Shown here: in pieces, positions 29,750 through 39,392 of the stretch
Numbering within the stretch: the stretch's first letter is position 1
Layout: each line of letters begins with the position of its first letter
NCBI GenBank assembly: GCA_021513695.1
Contig: CP084166.1
Coordinates: 2,080,001 to 2,144,000 of the forward strand
DNA: 64,000 bases
DNA from: Candidatus Heimdallarchaeum aukensis
GTDB taxonomy: Archaea; Asgardarchaeota; Heimdallarchaeia; Heimdallarchaeales; Heimdallarchaeaceae
Direction: 5' to 3'
Translations under genes and position numbers: made by a program
Notes under the pieces: generated by a model
The model's database searches: none
What the model saw: the letters and a program-made list of their open reading frames with translations, nothing else
What the model was told of the DNA's origin: nothing

Positions 29750-29883
29750 AACTGCAGAGAAATTAATCATTTTTTCTTTTTTTAATTTTAAAATTCATTC
29801 TTTTTTTTAAAAAATGATCTGATATTATTTTATACTACCGCTAAAAATAAAAATGATAAGTATCAACTTATCATTGATAGATT

Positions 29884-30822
29884 GTGAATGACAAAGTACT
29901 AAAGGTAGGAAAAGAATCAGTACCCGTAACTATACTTGGGTTAGAAAATGCTGGAAAAACCACTCTAATTGAGAGGTTAAAAACAGGTTCTTTTGTAGAA
30001 GATACAACTCCTACATTAGGTGTAAGCTTTGAATCTTTTAAAGTAGGTGATACTTTATTCAAGATTTTTGATGTTGGGGGACAATTTGTTTATCGAAAAC
30101 AGTTTTGGGTAAATTACGCATCAAATAGCTATGGTATTATCTTTGTATTTGATGCCTCCGATAAAGAAAGAACAACAGAAGGAAAAGAGTGGTTCTGGTA
30201 TCTAATAGACAATATTGAAATTGAAGACCGAATAGTTGTAGCTTTTTTTGCTAATAAAGCCGATTTAGAATGCATGTCAATAGAAGAAATTATTGAAGCG
30301 CTTGAACTCCCAAGGATGAGTGAGCACTCAAAGATTAGTTTCCAAATATTTAAGACAAGTAATAAAACAGGCGAAGGAATAGACGCTGCATTAGATTGGT
30401 TTACAAACAAACTAAAACAAATAGGAAAAGAAAAAATAGTCCATCCAAAAGGTTTGATTATAAGTACAACACTAGGCAGAGTGCAGTTATTCTTAGATCT
30501 TGAAGGATTATCACAACAAATATCGCAAATCAGAGAATTATTAGCTCAAATATTTAAATATGAATCAGCTACGCTCAAAGAAGAAAAATTATCTACTATT
30601 TCAAACGAGAATATAAAACTCGTATGTCACGAAAGAAGTGACGTGATAATAACAATGATCATAAATCCAGAAGAATCTCATGTAGAAGCTCAAAGATATA
30701 TTGAGCAAGTGTATGAATACTTAGAAAAGAAAACAGCAAAAACGAAAGATGAGCTTATAAAAGGAATATTAAACTTACTAAATATTAAAGATGAAAGTAA
30801 AGTTAAGATAATTACAATGTAA
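29884..30822 (+). CDS. Arf-family small GTPase (Asgard ArfR-like) fused to a roughly 130-aa C-terminal alpha/beta domain (possibly roadblock/longin-like); GTG start
   Basis: G1 GLENAGKTT; interswitch TTPTLGVSFESF; G3 DVGGQ; WVNY..GIIFVFDASDKER; G4 NKAD; G5 region KTSNKTGEGIDAALDWF. These match the Arf1 blocks GLDAAGKTT/TIPTIGFNVE/DVGGQ/NKQD/SGDGLYEGLDWL. Confidence 0.7.
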   Translation: MNDKVLKVGKESVPVTILGLENAGKTTLIERLKTGSFVEDTTPTLGVSFESFKVGDTLFKIFDVGGQFVYRKQFWVNYASNSYGIIFVFDASDKERTTEGKEWFWYLIDNIEIEDRIVVAFFANKADLECMSIEEIIEALELPRMSEHSKISFQIFKTSNKTGEGIDAALDWFTNKLKQIGKEKIVHPKGLIISTTLGRVQLFLDLEGLSQQISQIRELLAQIFKYESATLKEEKLSTISNENIKLVCHERSDVIITMIINPEESHVEAQRYIEQVYEYLEKKTAKTKDELIKGILNLLNIKDESKVKIITM

Positions 30823-30910
30823 GAAACTTTTTTTCATTTTCAATTTTTTCTTTTTTATTAGACATCAAAATTATTCTATCTACCCTCACAGTAAATCTCT
30901 AAAAAATAAT

Positions 30911-30987
30911 TGGAGCCCCGGGGGGGACTTGAACCCCCGACCATTTGATTACAAGTCAAACGCTCTACCGAGCTAAGCCACCGAGGC
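30911..30987 (-). tRNA. tRNA-Thr (anticodon TGT), CCA encoded
   Basis: The minus-strand fold gives acceptor GCCTCGG/CCGGGGC (one G-U), D-arm GCTT-AGCTCGGTA-GAGC, anticodon arm TTTGA-CTTGTAA-TCAAA and T-arm GGGGG-TTCAAGT-CCCCC. Confidence 0.8.
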
Positions 30988-31326
30988 CTTTTTATACATA
31001 TTGCTTTTTCTTTTGTTTTTTTGTTTTTCTTTTTCTTTGTGCTAAAAAATTTTTTTATTAGTTACAATTTTCTTTTCTCTTTTCTTCCTTTTTTACTAAT
31101 ATTTTTCTAATAATTATCTGGGTATTACATTTTCTTTTTAATCACTTTTTGCATTGTTTCCGACATAAAACTTCTTAGTTCATTTTTTAAATAAGTATTT
31201 GCGTTTAAGCCCCCTCCCCTTTGTTTCCAATGGAGTGTGCCGTTTTTTGTTATTTTGGCCGCTCTATCGCCTTTTTCTGAAAAATATTTAACCTTATTCT
31301 TTTTTTAATATATTTCCACTGAAACA

Positions 31327-31722
31327 ATGAAAAGGTTTAATATTATATTAGGTTACTTTTTAAATAATAACATCTCAGTTAATATAGTGAAAGCAAAAAC
31401 AGGTGGTATGATGACTACAATCGCACAAGCCCAAGAAAAATTACTTGAACTCATTCATAGTAGAAATAGTATAAAGCAGACTGACACCGTTCGTATCCCC
31501 AAGCTTCCCAGTAGGATAATTGGTGAAAGAATGCTAGATGCTTTTGCCAATCAAATCCAAAATGATGTTGAAGGTTTAGAATCAGATCCATATATTGAAG
31601 ATGAATTAGTTGAAAGTTTATTAAGCACTTTAGCTTTAGCAGGGCTTGTTGGTATTGATCTTGAATCAAAATTGGAAGAGATTCTATCTTTAATGGAAAT
31701 TGTAACAGCTGATAGTTCTTAA
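31327..31722 (+). CDS. hypothetical small acidic protein (likely starts at the internal Met MMTTIAQ)
   Basis: ORF only; no motif recognized. Confidence 0.3.
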   Translation: MKRFNIILGYFLNNNISVNIVKAKTGGMMTTIAQAQEKLLELIHSRNSIKQTDTVRIPKLPSRIIGERMLDAFANQIQNDVEGLESDPYIEDELVESLLSTLALAGLVGIDLESKLEEILSLMEIVTADSS

Positions 31723-31924
31723 ATAACAGTTGCTTGTTTTACTCTTTATATGCCTCTTTTATCTAATTTGTGCTTTTTATTAATACTAGGTACTTTTTTA
31801 TATACCTTCATTTGTGATTCTTTTGAAATGGGGTATTTTGTAACCTTTTCTTACTGATATCTAATTATATTCAATAATTAAAAATATAAACAACCTAAAA
31901 AAATTAAAACTAGAGTATCTAAGA

Positions 31925-33148
31925 GTGATTTATTCGATGTCTAAATTCAGGAAAAAATGTAATCGCTATTATAAATTTGGCGCTCCTACTATGGCTAAGA
32001 AAATTGGTGTTTATCCTTATTTTATGCACATCAATTCTGAACAAAATCCGGTTGTTGAAATGGATGGAAAACCTACTATTATGCTCGGTAGTAATAACTA
32101 CCTCGGAATGACTAGTCACCCAAAAGTTAAGGAAAAAGCTATTGAGACAATTGAAGAATTTGGTGTGGGTACTACTGGCTCTCGACTGCTAAATGGGACA
32201 ATGGAACTTCATGTAGAGTTAGAGCAGCGTTTAGCTAATTTTCTGGGTATGGAAGATTGTGTTGTTTTTTCAACTGGAATGCTTGCAAATTTTGGCTCTA
32301 TTTCTGCTCTATTGTCTGAGGAGGATGAATGGGTTCTATCAGATCAATATAATCATGCTTCAATAATTGATGGCATTAGGTTGGGACGTTTTAATCAAGA
32401 AAATAAGTATATTTTCAAACATAATGATATGGATGATCTGGAAAAGGGTTTACGCTCCGTACCTAAAGGTAAAGGTATGATCATTACTGATGGTGTTTTT
32501 TCAATGGAGGGAGATATTGCTCCTTTAGATCATCTTGTAGATTTAGCTGAAGATTATGATGCTTTTGTGTACATAGATGATGCTCATGGCGTTGGTGTTT
32601 TAGGCTCCCATGGTAGAGGCACCTCTAACTATTTCGGTGTTACAGATAAAATTGATTTAATTATGGGGACATTTTCTAAGAGTTTTGCTTCTGTTGGAGG
32701 ATATATCGCAGCCAGTAAGGAGGTCTGTAACTGGATTCGTCATAAGTCTCGTCCATTTATTTTCACCGCGAGCCCTCCACCTTCTACTTGTGCAACTGTT
32801 CTAGCTATTCTTGACATTATTGAAAAAGATGATTCTTATCAGAAAAACCTTTTAGATATGACTCTAAAAATGAAGACTGGTCTAAGTGATGCGGGTTTTG
32901 AGGTAACAGATAGTCATACAGCAATTATCCCTCTAATTGTGGGGTCAGAAAAAAAGATGCTAAAATTCTTTCATGAACTTTATAAACATGAACCAAAAGG
33001 CGTTTTTACTAATCCTGTACGTTTTCCAGCTACTCCTAAAGGTCGTGAATTGTTACGTACTTCTTATATGGCTTCAATGAACGCTGACCTTATAGATGAA
33101 GCTTTAGAGATTATAACTAAAGTCGGAAAGAAGGTTAAAGTTATCTAA
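31925..33148 (+). CDS. class-II PLP-dependent alpha-oxoamine synthase family acyltransferase (Kbl/BioF/serine-palmitoyltransferase-like); start probably near 31991 (MAKKIG)
   Basis: AONS-family blocks: LGSNNYLGMTSHPKV, GVGTTGSRLLNGT, DDAHGVGVLG, and the PLP-lysine region GTFSKSF. Confidence 0.7.
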   Translation: MIYSMSKFRKKCNRYYKFGAPTMAKKIGVYPYFMHINSEQNPVVEMDGKPTIMLGSNNYLGMTSHPKVKEKAIETIEEFGVGTTGSRLLNGTMELHVELEQRLANFLGMEDCVVFSTGMLANFGSISALLSEEDEWVLSDQYNHASIIDGIRLGRFNQENKYIFKHNDMDDLEKGLRSVPKGKGMIITDGVFSMEGDIAPLDHLVDLAEDYDAFVYIDDAHGVGVLGSHGRGTSNYFGVTDKIDLIMGTFSKSFASVGGYIAASKEVCNWIRHKSRPFIFTASPPPSTCATVLAILDIIEKDDSYQKNLLDMTLKMKTGLSDAGFEVTDSHTAIIPLIVGSEKKMLKFFHELYKHEPKGVFTNPVRFPATPKGRELLRTSYMASMNADLIDEALEIITKVGKKVKVI

Positions 33149-33234
33149 ATGGTCAAGTTTATTTTTCTTTATTCCTAAATTTTTTTATTAACTGGAGTAT
33201 TCAAACAGTGAAATCGAACATTTTTTAAGGTTAT

Positions 33235-34188
33235 ATGATTTCAAGTGAATCGGTGAGTCTCATGGACCTCAAAGAACGTAATTTGTTAACTTTAGCTGAT
33301 TTCACTCCTGAAGAGATCCGATTTCTCTTAGATGAATCAAAGAAATTGAAAAAGCAATTTAAGGCTTACGAGCGAACTAAACCTTTGAAAGGTTTAACAC
33401 TTGCAATGATTTTCCAGAAACGTTCCACTCGTACTCGTGTTTCAACAGAAACAGCTATGTACTTTTTGGGTGGTCATGCTATATTCCTAAGTGCTGATGA
33501 TATTCAGTTAGGAGCTGGTGAAACCATACAAGATACTGCTCGTGTTTTATCGCGTTTCAATGATGGTATTTTAGCTCGCGTGTATGCTCATTCTGATGTA
33601 GAAAAATTAGCTGAATATGCAAGTATTCCAGTCATAAATGCTCTCTCAGATAAATTCCATCCTTTACAAATATTAGCTGACCTATTAACTATTGAAGAAC
33701 ACAAAGGAAAACTCAAAGGATTAAAACTAGCTTGGGTTGGAGATGGTAATAATGTTGCTAACTCTTTACTAATCGGTTGTTCTAAAATGGGTATCGATAT
33801 GTATGTTGCTACTCCAAAGGGTTATGAAATCCCTGAAGATGTAGTACAAATGTGCGAGGAATTTGCCGAAGAAAGTGGTGCAAAATTAGTTATGACACAT
33901 GATCCTGTTGAAGCTGTAAAGGATGCTGATGTCGTAGTGACAGATACTTTTGTTTCTATGGGTGAAGAAGCTGAAGCTAAGAAAAAACTCGAAGCTTTCA
34001 AGAATTATGTTGTTACAGAAGAATTAGTTGCAAACGCAAAGCCTGATTATATATTTATGCACTGCCTTCCATATAAACACAAAGAAGCAGAAGAAAGTGT
34101 ATTTGAGTCAGAGAATTCTGTGGTTTTTGATGAAGCAGAAAATAGACTACACACAACTATGGCAGTCTTAAAGAATCTAATGGGTTAA
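33235..34188 (+). CDS. argF: ornithine carbamoyltransferase
   Basis: STRTR carbamoyl-phosphate motif, DTFVSMG and HCLP motifs. True start probably MDLKERN. Confidence 0.75.
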   Translation: MISSESVSLMDLKERNLLTLADFTPEEIRFLLDESKKLKKQFKAYERTKPLKGLTLAMIFQKRSTRTRVSTETAMYFLGGHAIFLSADDIQLGAGETIQDTARVLSRFNDGILARVYAHSDVEKLAEYASIPVINALSDKFHPLQILADLLTIEEHKGKLKGLKLAWVGDGNNVANSLLIGCSKMGIDMYVATPKGYEIPEDVVQMCEEFAEESGAKLVMTHDPVEAVKDADVVVTDTFVSMGEEAEAKKKLEAFKNYVVTEELVANAKPDYIFMHCLPYKHKEAEESVFESENSVVFDEAENRLHTTMAVLKNLMG

Positions 34189-35179
34189 CGAATATTTTTT
34201 CTTTTTCTTTTTTACAAATAATTTCTTCTAATACCTCTCTTGACAACTTTCCTCCAGAAATAATTAAAACTACTGTTTTATTGGCAAATTTTTCTTGTTC
34301 TTTCAAAAGAGACGCAACTGATAATACTCCTGCTCCTTCTGCTATCATGAAATGTTTATCATATATTATCTCTATAGCTTCTTTTATCTCCTCTTCTGAT
34401 ACGATAACAAAATCGTCGACGTACTTTGAACAAAAATCGAGAGTGATTGATCCTTTTTCTATTCCTCCCGCACTTGCATCAGAAATGGTAGGGCTGACAT
34501 CATAATCTATTATCTTACCCGCTTCTACTGACTTGCTCATCACAGGAGAATTTCTAGGTTGACAACCGAAAATAGATATGTTCTTTGTTCTTTTATTTTC
34601 TTTTAAATATCCTGCAATACCTGAAATCAACCCTCCTCCTCCTACAGGAACAAAAACACAATCGATATTAGTTTCTTGTGTTTCAATTTCACGCGCAATA
34701 GTTCCTTGACCAGCAATAATATGAATATCATTGTATGGACTAACATAATGTGCTTTTTCTTCTTTTGCTTTTTTTTGGGCATAAAGTTCTGTTTGGAGGC
34801 AATCATATCCATAAAATTCTATGGTTACATTATATTCTTCAAGAGATTCCACTTTGTTTTTTTTGGTAGTGAATGGAAGATAAATTGTACCCTCTAAACC
34901 AAGTTTATCTAGTGCATAAGCCACAGCAAGACCATGATTTCCAGTGGATGCAGTAATAATGTTAGAATGTATACCTTGATTTTTTAAGTAAATTAGCTTG
35001 TTAAAAGCCCCCCTTACTTTGAAAGAGTTTGTAACTTGTATGTTTTCTAATTTTAAGAAAACCCTTGAATCCGTTATTCTGCTAAGATAAGGAGAAAATT
35101 CAAGGGGTGTTTTTCTTATACATTGTTTAATTCTCTCTTCTGCTTCAATAACTTCTTTTAGTACATCCATTTTTTTCAC
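34157..35179 (-). CDS. PLP-dependent threonine/serine dehydratase (fold type II), catabolic-type without ACT domains
   Basis: PLP lysine motif NSFKVRGAFNK, then STGNHGLAVAYA and a GGGGLISG glycine loop. Confidence 0.7.
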   Translation of the reverse strand: MKKMDVLKEVIEAEERIKQCIRKTPLEFSPYLSRITDSRVFLKLENIQVTNSFKVRGAFNKLIYLKNQGIHSNIITASTGNHGLAVAYALDKLGLEGTIYLPFTTKKNKVESLEEYNVTIEFYGYDCLQTELYAQKKAKEEKAHYVSPYNDIHIIAGQGTIAREIETQETNIDCVFVPVGGGGLISGIAGYLKENKRTKNISIFGCQPRNSPVMSKSVEAGKIIDYDVSPTISDASAGGIEKGSITLDFCSKYVDDFVIVSEEEIKEAIEIIYDKHFMIAEGAGVLSVASLLKEQEKFANKTVVLIISGGKLSREVLEEIICKKEKEKIFVNPLDSLRLP

Positions 35180-35701
35180 TTAAGTCTCATTTTGATTTAC
35201 TATTTTAGCAATATATAACTCATTGCCATTTTGTATCATATCAATTTCTATTGTTTCGGGAAACTGATTGTTAGGAATCAAAATATTTGTTAACATAAAA
35301 AAGTCACTTGGTATAATATCTCTTTTCATATTTCTAATTTCTTCCTCTGAAAACCATGAAAGATTTCCTTCGTCTGTTTCTTTTACTTTTCCAGCTTTTA
35401 CTGTTGTCTCAGCCAAGAAAATAAGAAATTGTTTTAGTTGTTTCTTTGTATTATGATCAATTAAACGTTCGTTTATTATAGCTGTCTGTTTTTCCCATTT
35501 TACTCTCAAATTAGTTTCTTCTAAAACTTCTCGTAAACATGCTTCTTTAATTGTTTCTCCAAATTCTAACTTTCCTCCTACTAGGGCCCATTTTCCGATA
35601 TAATCTCCTCTCTCTCGACGAATCAATAGCCATTTATTTTCTACTGTGTCACGTATTCCTGCTACTACAACGTTTAAAATTCTACTTTTAGTTTCGCTCA
35701 T
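35180..35701 (-). CDS. NUDIX hydrolase
   Basis: Nudix box GGKLEFGETIKEACLREVLEETNL. Confidence 0.8.
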   Translation of the reverse strand: MSETKSRILNVVVAGIRDTVENKWLLIRRERGDYIGKWALVGGKLEFGETIKEACLREVLEETNLRVKWEKQTAIINERLIDHNTKKQLKQFLIFLAETTVKAGKVKETDEGNLSWFSEEEIRNMKRDIIPSDFFMLTNILIPNNQFPETIEIDMIQNGNELYIAKIVNQNET

Positions 35702-35789
35702 ATCTTCTTATTATGTTTATATCATTAATTATTTTTCCTTCGAAATGAAATCCTTATAAACATTTATTATTTCTCGAAATCAAGAGACA

Positions 35790-36389
35790 ATGTCCAACAG
35801 AATGAATCAATTATTGCTCTCAATCCGAAGACGATTGGGAAAGCCAGAAGTTTCTATATTGATTATGGGAAATGATACTCCAGCAGCTAGGAACAGAGTA
35901 AAACTATTGAATGCAGAAATCTCAATTGATGATTTTCTCTTAGATGACTATCTTTCTAAGCTTCCAGTTGAAGACAAGTTTAAGTTTAAACCTAAACTTT
36001 TCGAATCATTTGAGGGGATTTTGTACCTTATCGATGCTACAAAAGAAGATATGATTAAGCATGAGCGAGCTTTCTTCTGGGAAAAAATCGTTTGGAACGA
36101 GGATATAAGAGAGAAGCCAATTGCAATTTGTGCTTATAATAGTAATTTACAAGGCTCTTTAACCAGTGGAGAACTCATAGAGAATCTGTCACTTGTTAGA
36201 TTAACAGATAGGGTTTGGAAGTTATTTGAGGTTGGAGACGTTAACGACTTATTAAGCGCATTAAACTGGCTTAAGGAAGCGATATGGATGGGTTGGACAT
36301 TAGATTGGGAAAGAAAAGAAAGTCTTAAAACTAAACTTTCTCAAAAAAAGATTGTTATTGTAGATAAGAAAAATGATAATGAATCTTAA
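35790..36389 (+). CDS. Arf-like pseudoGTPase (Arf-type N-terminal amphipathic helix and C-terminal blocks retained; P-loop, switch II and NKxD degenerate)
   Basis: Manual alignment to Arf1: [14 protein letters not shown] vs RILMVGLDAAGKTT (Lys lost); [12 protein letters not shown] vs [22 protein letters not shown] vs [31 protein letters not shown] vs [34 protein letters not shown] vs GDGLYEGLDWL. Confidence 0.55.
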   Translation: [199 protein letters not shown]

Positions 36390-36427
36390 ATCTTTACTAT
36401 TGAAAGAATGATAAATGGTGCATTTAA

Positions 36428-37981
36428 ATGGTCAATACAGTTGAGGAATTAATAAAAACTGGCTATAAAGGGTATTCAGTTAGGCATATATTAATGAATA
36501 ACGAATTTAGAAAACGTGTAATCAATGATCCAAGTGTTAGAGGAAATGAAGACGCAAAGAATTTAGTCATGGATAAGCTTGCTGTCGGAGGAAAAGTACT
36601 TATCACAGGTCCTACAGGAGAAGCTAAAACGCTATTCAGTCGTATTCTCCTAGATCACATAGTTCGAGAAATTAATGATCATAAGTATCATATTGATTCC
36701 TGTCCTTTCCTTGAGGACGCAGGATACATTATTGATGTTATCGAGCAATTTGAAGTTGATCCGTTCAATGGAATAAAGGTTTTACAATCTCTTTGTCCTT
36801 TCTGTAGAGCTAAAATTGAAAATGCTTTGAGTGATGGGAAAGGAGATGTAAAATTAGATAATACAGCAAGTGTTCTTAAAACTAAACCCGTTGAATTCAA
36901 AGAAAAATTATTAAAAATCGGTGTAGAAAAAACTGTTGTACGAAAAGCACAACTTGACCCAAGAACAGACCCTGAAAGTCTCTATATGCTATTAGCTGGT
37001 GTAGAAAATCTAGAAGAACTGTTTGGAAAGGAAACTTCAACAACTTACACTCCAACATCACATAAAGTAGGTGTGCTTAGTAAAGGTTTTATTGTAGTTA
37101 ACGAAATTCAACGTCTTCCCCTATCCTTGCTCGAAGCACTGATGGGCTTTCTTGAAGACACAACTTCAATAAAGTATAATCTTCAAGGAGAACCTGTTTA
37201 TATTGATGGAGCAATGATATTTACTTCTAATGCTCCCTTAACAGTATTTGGAGAAGAATCACAACCTATTATCAATCGTATTCCAGAAGTTCTTTGGCCT
37301 GCAAGATCCGTGGAAAGTAGAAGTCAAATTGTTCGAGATATGTTTAGAGAACAAATTACGCTTTCTAGACAAAAAATAACCGCAAATCCAAGCATTGTTC
37401 AGTTGTATGATCGAGAAAAAAGCTCGAAGGATTATGTGAGTAAATTAGCCATAGATTTCCTCGCATTCATTGGAAATAACTCTTTACCAGAAGCTCTTAA
37501 AAAAGGACGAATTCGTTCTGAAAGTAGAGTTCAAAGATTAGACTTTTACGCAGGATTAGATGAAATCCATGATCCTCAAAGAAATCCACATATCGATTTA
37601 CGTACAACATCAAACATTGTGGGTAGCGTGTTGCTCAATAGAGAACGAGAACTTCAAGACGAAGAATATAATGTTGTTACAATAGAACATGTAAGAAAAG
37701 TATTAAACGATTACGATATTCCTTTAGCAATGATAAATGATGCACTACAGGAAATAAAAATAAAACTTAGATCCAACCTTAAAAGCGCGGGAATGGCTGT
37801 AAAAGCAGAAGATATAAGTGAAGATATATCAAAGATGAAGGCATTAAGTGACGAAGAATTATCCGAATTGATTATCAATTACGAAAAACTAGAACGATAC
37901 TATGAATCAGATGTTTTACCTAAAATCGTTGAACAACTCAAACCGAGTTATGAAGCTCTATTGAAGGTAGACTATATCTAA
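36428..37981 (+). CDS. MoxR-family AAA+ ATPase-like protein with Walker B Asp replaced by Asn and a roughly 100-aa Cys-containing insertion between Walker A and B
   Basis: Walker A GPTGEAKT matches the MoxR pattern GxPGxAKT. Walker B and sensor region FIVVNEIQRLPLSLLEALMGFLED matches MoxR LLADEINRAPPKTQSALLEAMQE. Inserted cysteines are SCPF ... CPFC. Confidence 0.55.
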   Translation: MVNTVEELIKTGYKGYSVRHILMNNEFRKRVINDPSVRGNEDAKNLVMDKLAVGGKVLITGPTGEAKTLFSRILLDHIVREINDHKYHIDSCPFLEDAGYIIDVIEQFEVDPFNGIKVLQSLCPFCRAKIENALSDGKGDVKLDNTASVLKTKPVEFKEKLLKIGVEKTVVRKAQLDPRTDPESLYMLLAGVENLEELFGKETSTTYTPTSHKVGVLSKGFIVVNEIQRLPLSLLEALMGFLEDTTSIKYNLQGEPVYIDGAMIFTSNAPLTVFGEESQPIINRIPEVLWPARSVESRSQIVRDMFREQITLSRQKITANPSIVQLYDREKSSKDYVSKLAIDFLAFIGNNSLPEALKKGRIRSESRVQRLDFYAGLDEIHDPQRNPHIDLRTTSNIVGSVLLNRERELQDEEYNVVTIEHVRKVLNDYDIPLAMINDALQEIKIKLRSNLKSAGMAVKAEDISEDISKMKALSDEELSELIINYEKLERYYESDVLPKIVEQLKPSYEALLKVDYI

Positions 37982-38006
37982 AATTTGGTGAAGGTGGCAA
38001 AAACTA

Positions 38007-39392
38007 ATGCCCCATCGAATTTTTTTACTTACGGAATCAGAGTTTAGAGACCCTCTACAAAATTACGGCGATGCTGAGTTTATATTAGACTTTGAAGGTG
38101 CTGCTGAATTATTAAAACTTTGGCGTAATCCTCACCTAGGTAGGAGCTCTAGAGAAGGAGCTGTACTATCTTTAGGTGCAAAAAACGCTGTTGCAATCCA
38201 AAACATACTCCAAAAAATAATGACAACATATCTTACTGAAGCAGAAGAAGAGAGACTAATTAATGAACTAAAAATATTACAGTTTATTGGAGATAGAGTC
38301 CTCCCTGATGTTCTAGAACGTGTAAACAAGAACGAACTTCAAACAGTGGACGATATTATTCGATACATCCAGAATTTACTACGAGAACTGAAGTATGAGG
38401 GAACAGTTGATCTTAACCTTCTTGCAGATAAGTTGAACTCTCTTAAAGACATTGTTGATTTAGAAATTACAGATGCATACGGAAGAAAGAAGAGGATAAA
38501 ACGAGAAGAAGTGATGGATGTTTTAGGTAACATCCTTGGGCATTACCTTTTAAAGCAAATCAATGTTCTTCCTATTGATGAAGTTCAAAAACGCCCAAGA
38601 GGAACAATTAGACTTCGAGAAACCTATAAAAGTGCAGTGCTTAGTTCGCAATCAATTCCTCCAACGCGCGTAAAACAAGAAGATATTATCCGTGTGAAAA
38701 AAGATAGAAGAAGTTTAGTATATTTCTTAGTGGATTTAAGCCAATCAATGCAAAAAGAAGTGTTTGAGGGGGGAATGACAAGGTTAGATGGAGCTCTATT
38801 AACTGCTCTAAGTCTATATTACTACTTTAAAACCGCCAATAGGAGAAAAAGAAAGAGATACGATATGTTTCAACTTGCAGTAGTCCCTATTGTTCGAAAC
38901 CCCTTTGTAGTAGATGATGATACAAAAATGGAAGATCTTTTATTGAATGCTAAAGCCAAAGGAAAGACACATACTGTAAGCAGTGTTTTGAAAGCTATTG
39001 AGCATGCTAAAGCACAGTATAAGCATAAAAATATTGATGTTCAACTTACAATTGTAACGGATGGTATGCCAAACATACCTGTTTATCCATTTAATTACAA
39101 AATTAGTTCTTCATTAAAGAATTATTTCAATTCAATCGATACTAAAACCAGTCCAGAGACAATAGAGTGCTTGTTACAACTTAATGCCATATTTAAACAC
39201 TTAAAATCAGATCCTAATAGAAATTGGAACATAAGTTACTTTTTGATGGGTACAGAAGCTTTGAGAAAAAAGGAAATTTATAGTCATACGTATCAAATGT
39301 TGAAAGGTATAACTAAACCAATTTTAGTAGATCCTGCACAAATTAACAAACTTGGAGAGCAAGTACTACGGGAGAGTATTCACCATGCATAA
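38007..39392 (+). CDS. von Willebrand factor A (VWA) domain protein with a MIDAS motif
   Basis: The C-terminal half has LVYFLVDLSQSM (DxSxS MIDAS) and a downstream IVTDGMPN. A helical N-terminal half precedes it. It lies 25 nt after the AAA+ gene. Confidence 0.65.
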   Translation: MPHRIFLLTESEFRDPLQNYGDAEFILDFEGAAELLKLWRNPHLGRSSREGAVLSLGAKNAVAIQNILQKIMTTYLTEAEEERLINELKILQFIGDRVLPDVLERVNKNELQTVDDIIRYIQNLLRELKYEGTVDLNLLADKLNSLKDIVDLEITDAYGRKKRIKREEVMDVLGNILGHYLLKQINVLPIDEVQKRPRGTIRLRETYKSAVLSSQSIPPTRVKQEDIIRVKKDRRSLVYFLVDLSQSMQKEVFEGGMTRLDGALLTALSLYYYFKTANRRKRKRYDMFQLAVVPIVRNPFVVDDDTKMEDLLLNAKAKGKTHTVSSVLKAIEHAKAQYKHKNIDVQLTIVTDGMPNIPVYPFNYKISSSLKNYFNSIDTKTSPETIECLLQLNAIFKHLKSDPNRNWNISYFLMGTEALRKKEIYSHTYQMLKGITKPILVDPAQINKLGEQVLRESIHHA

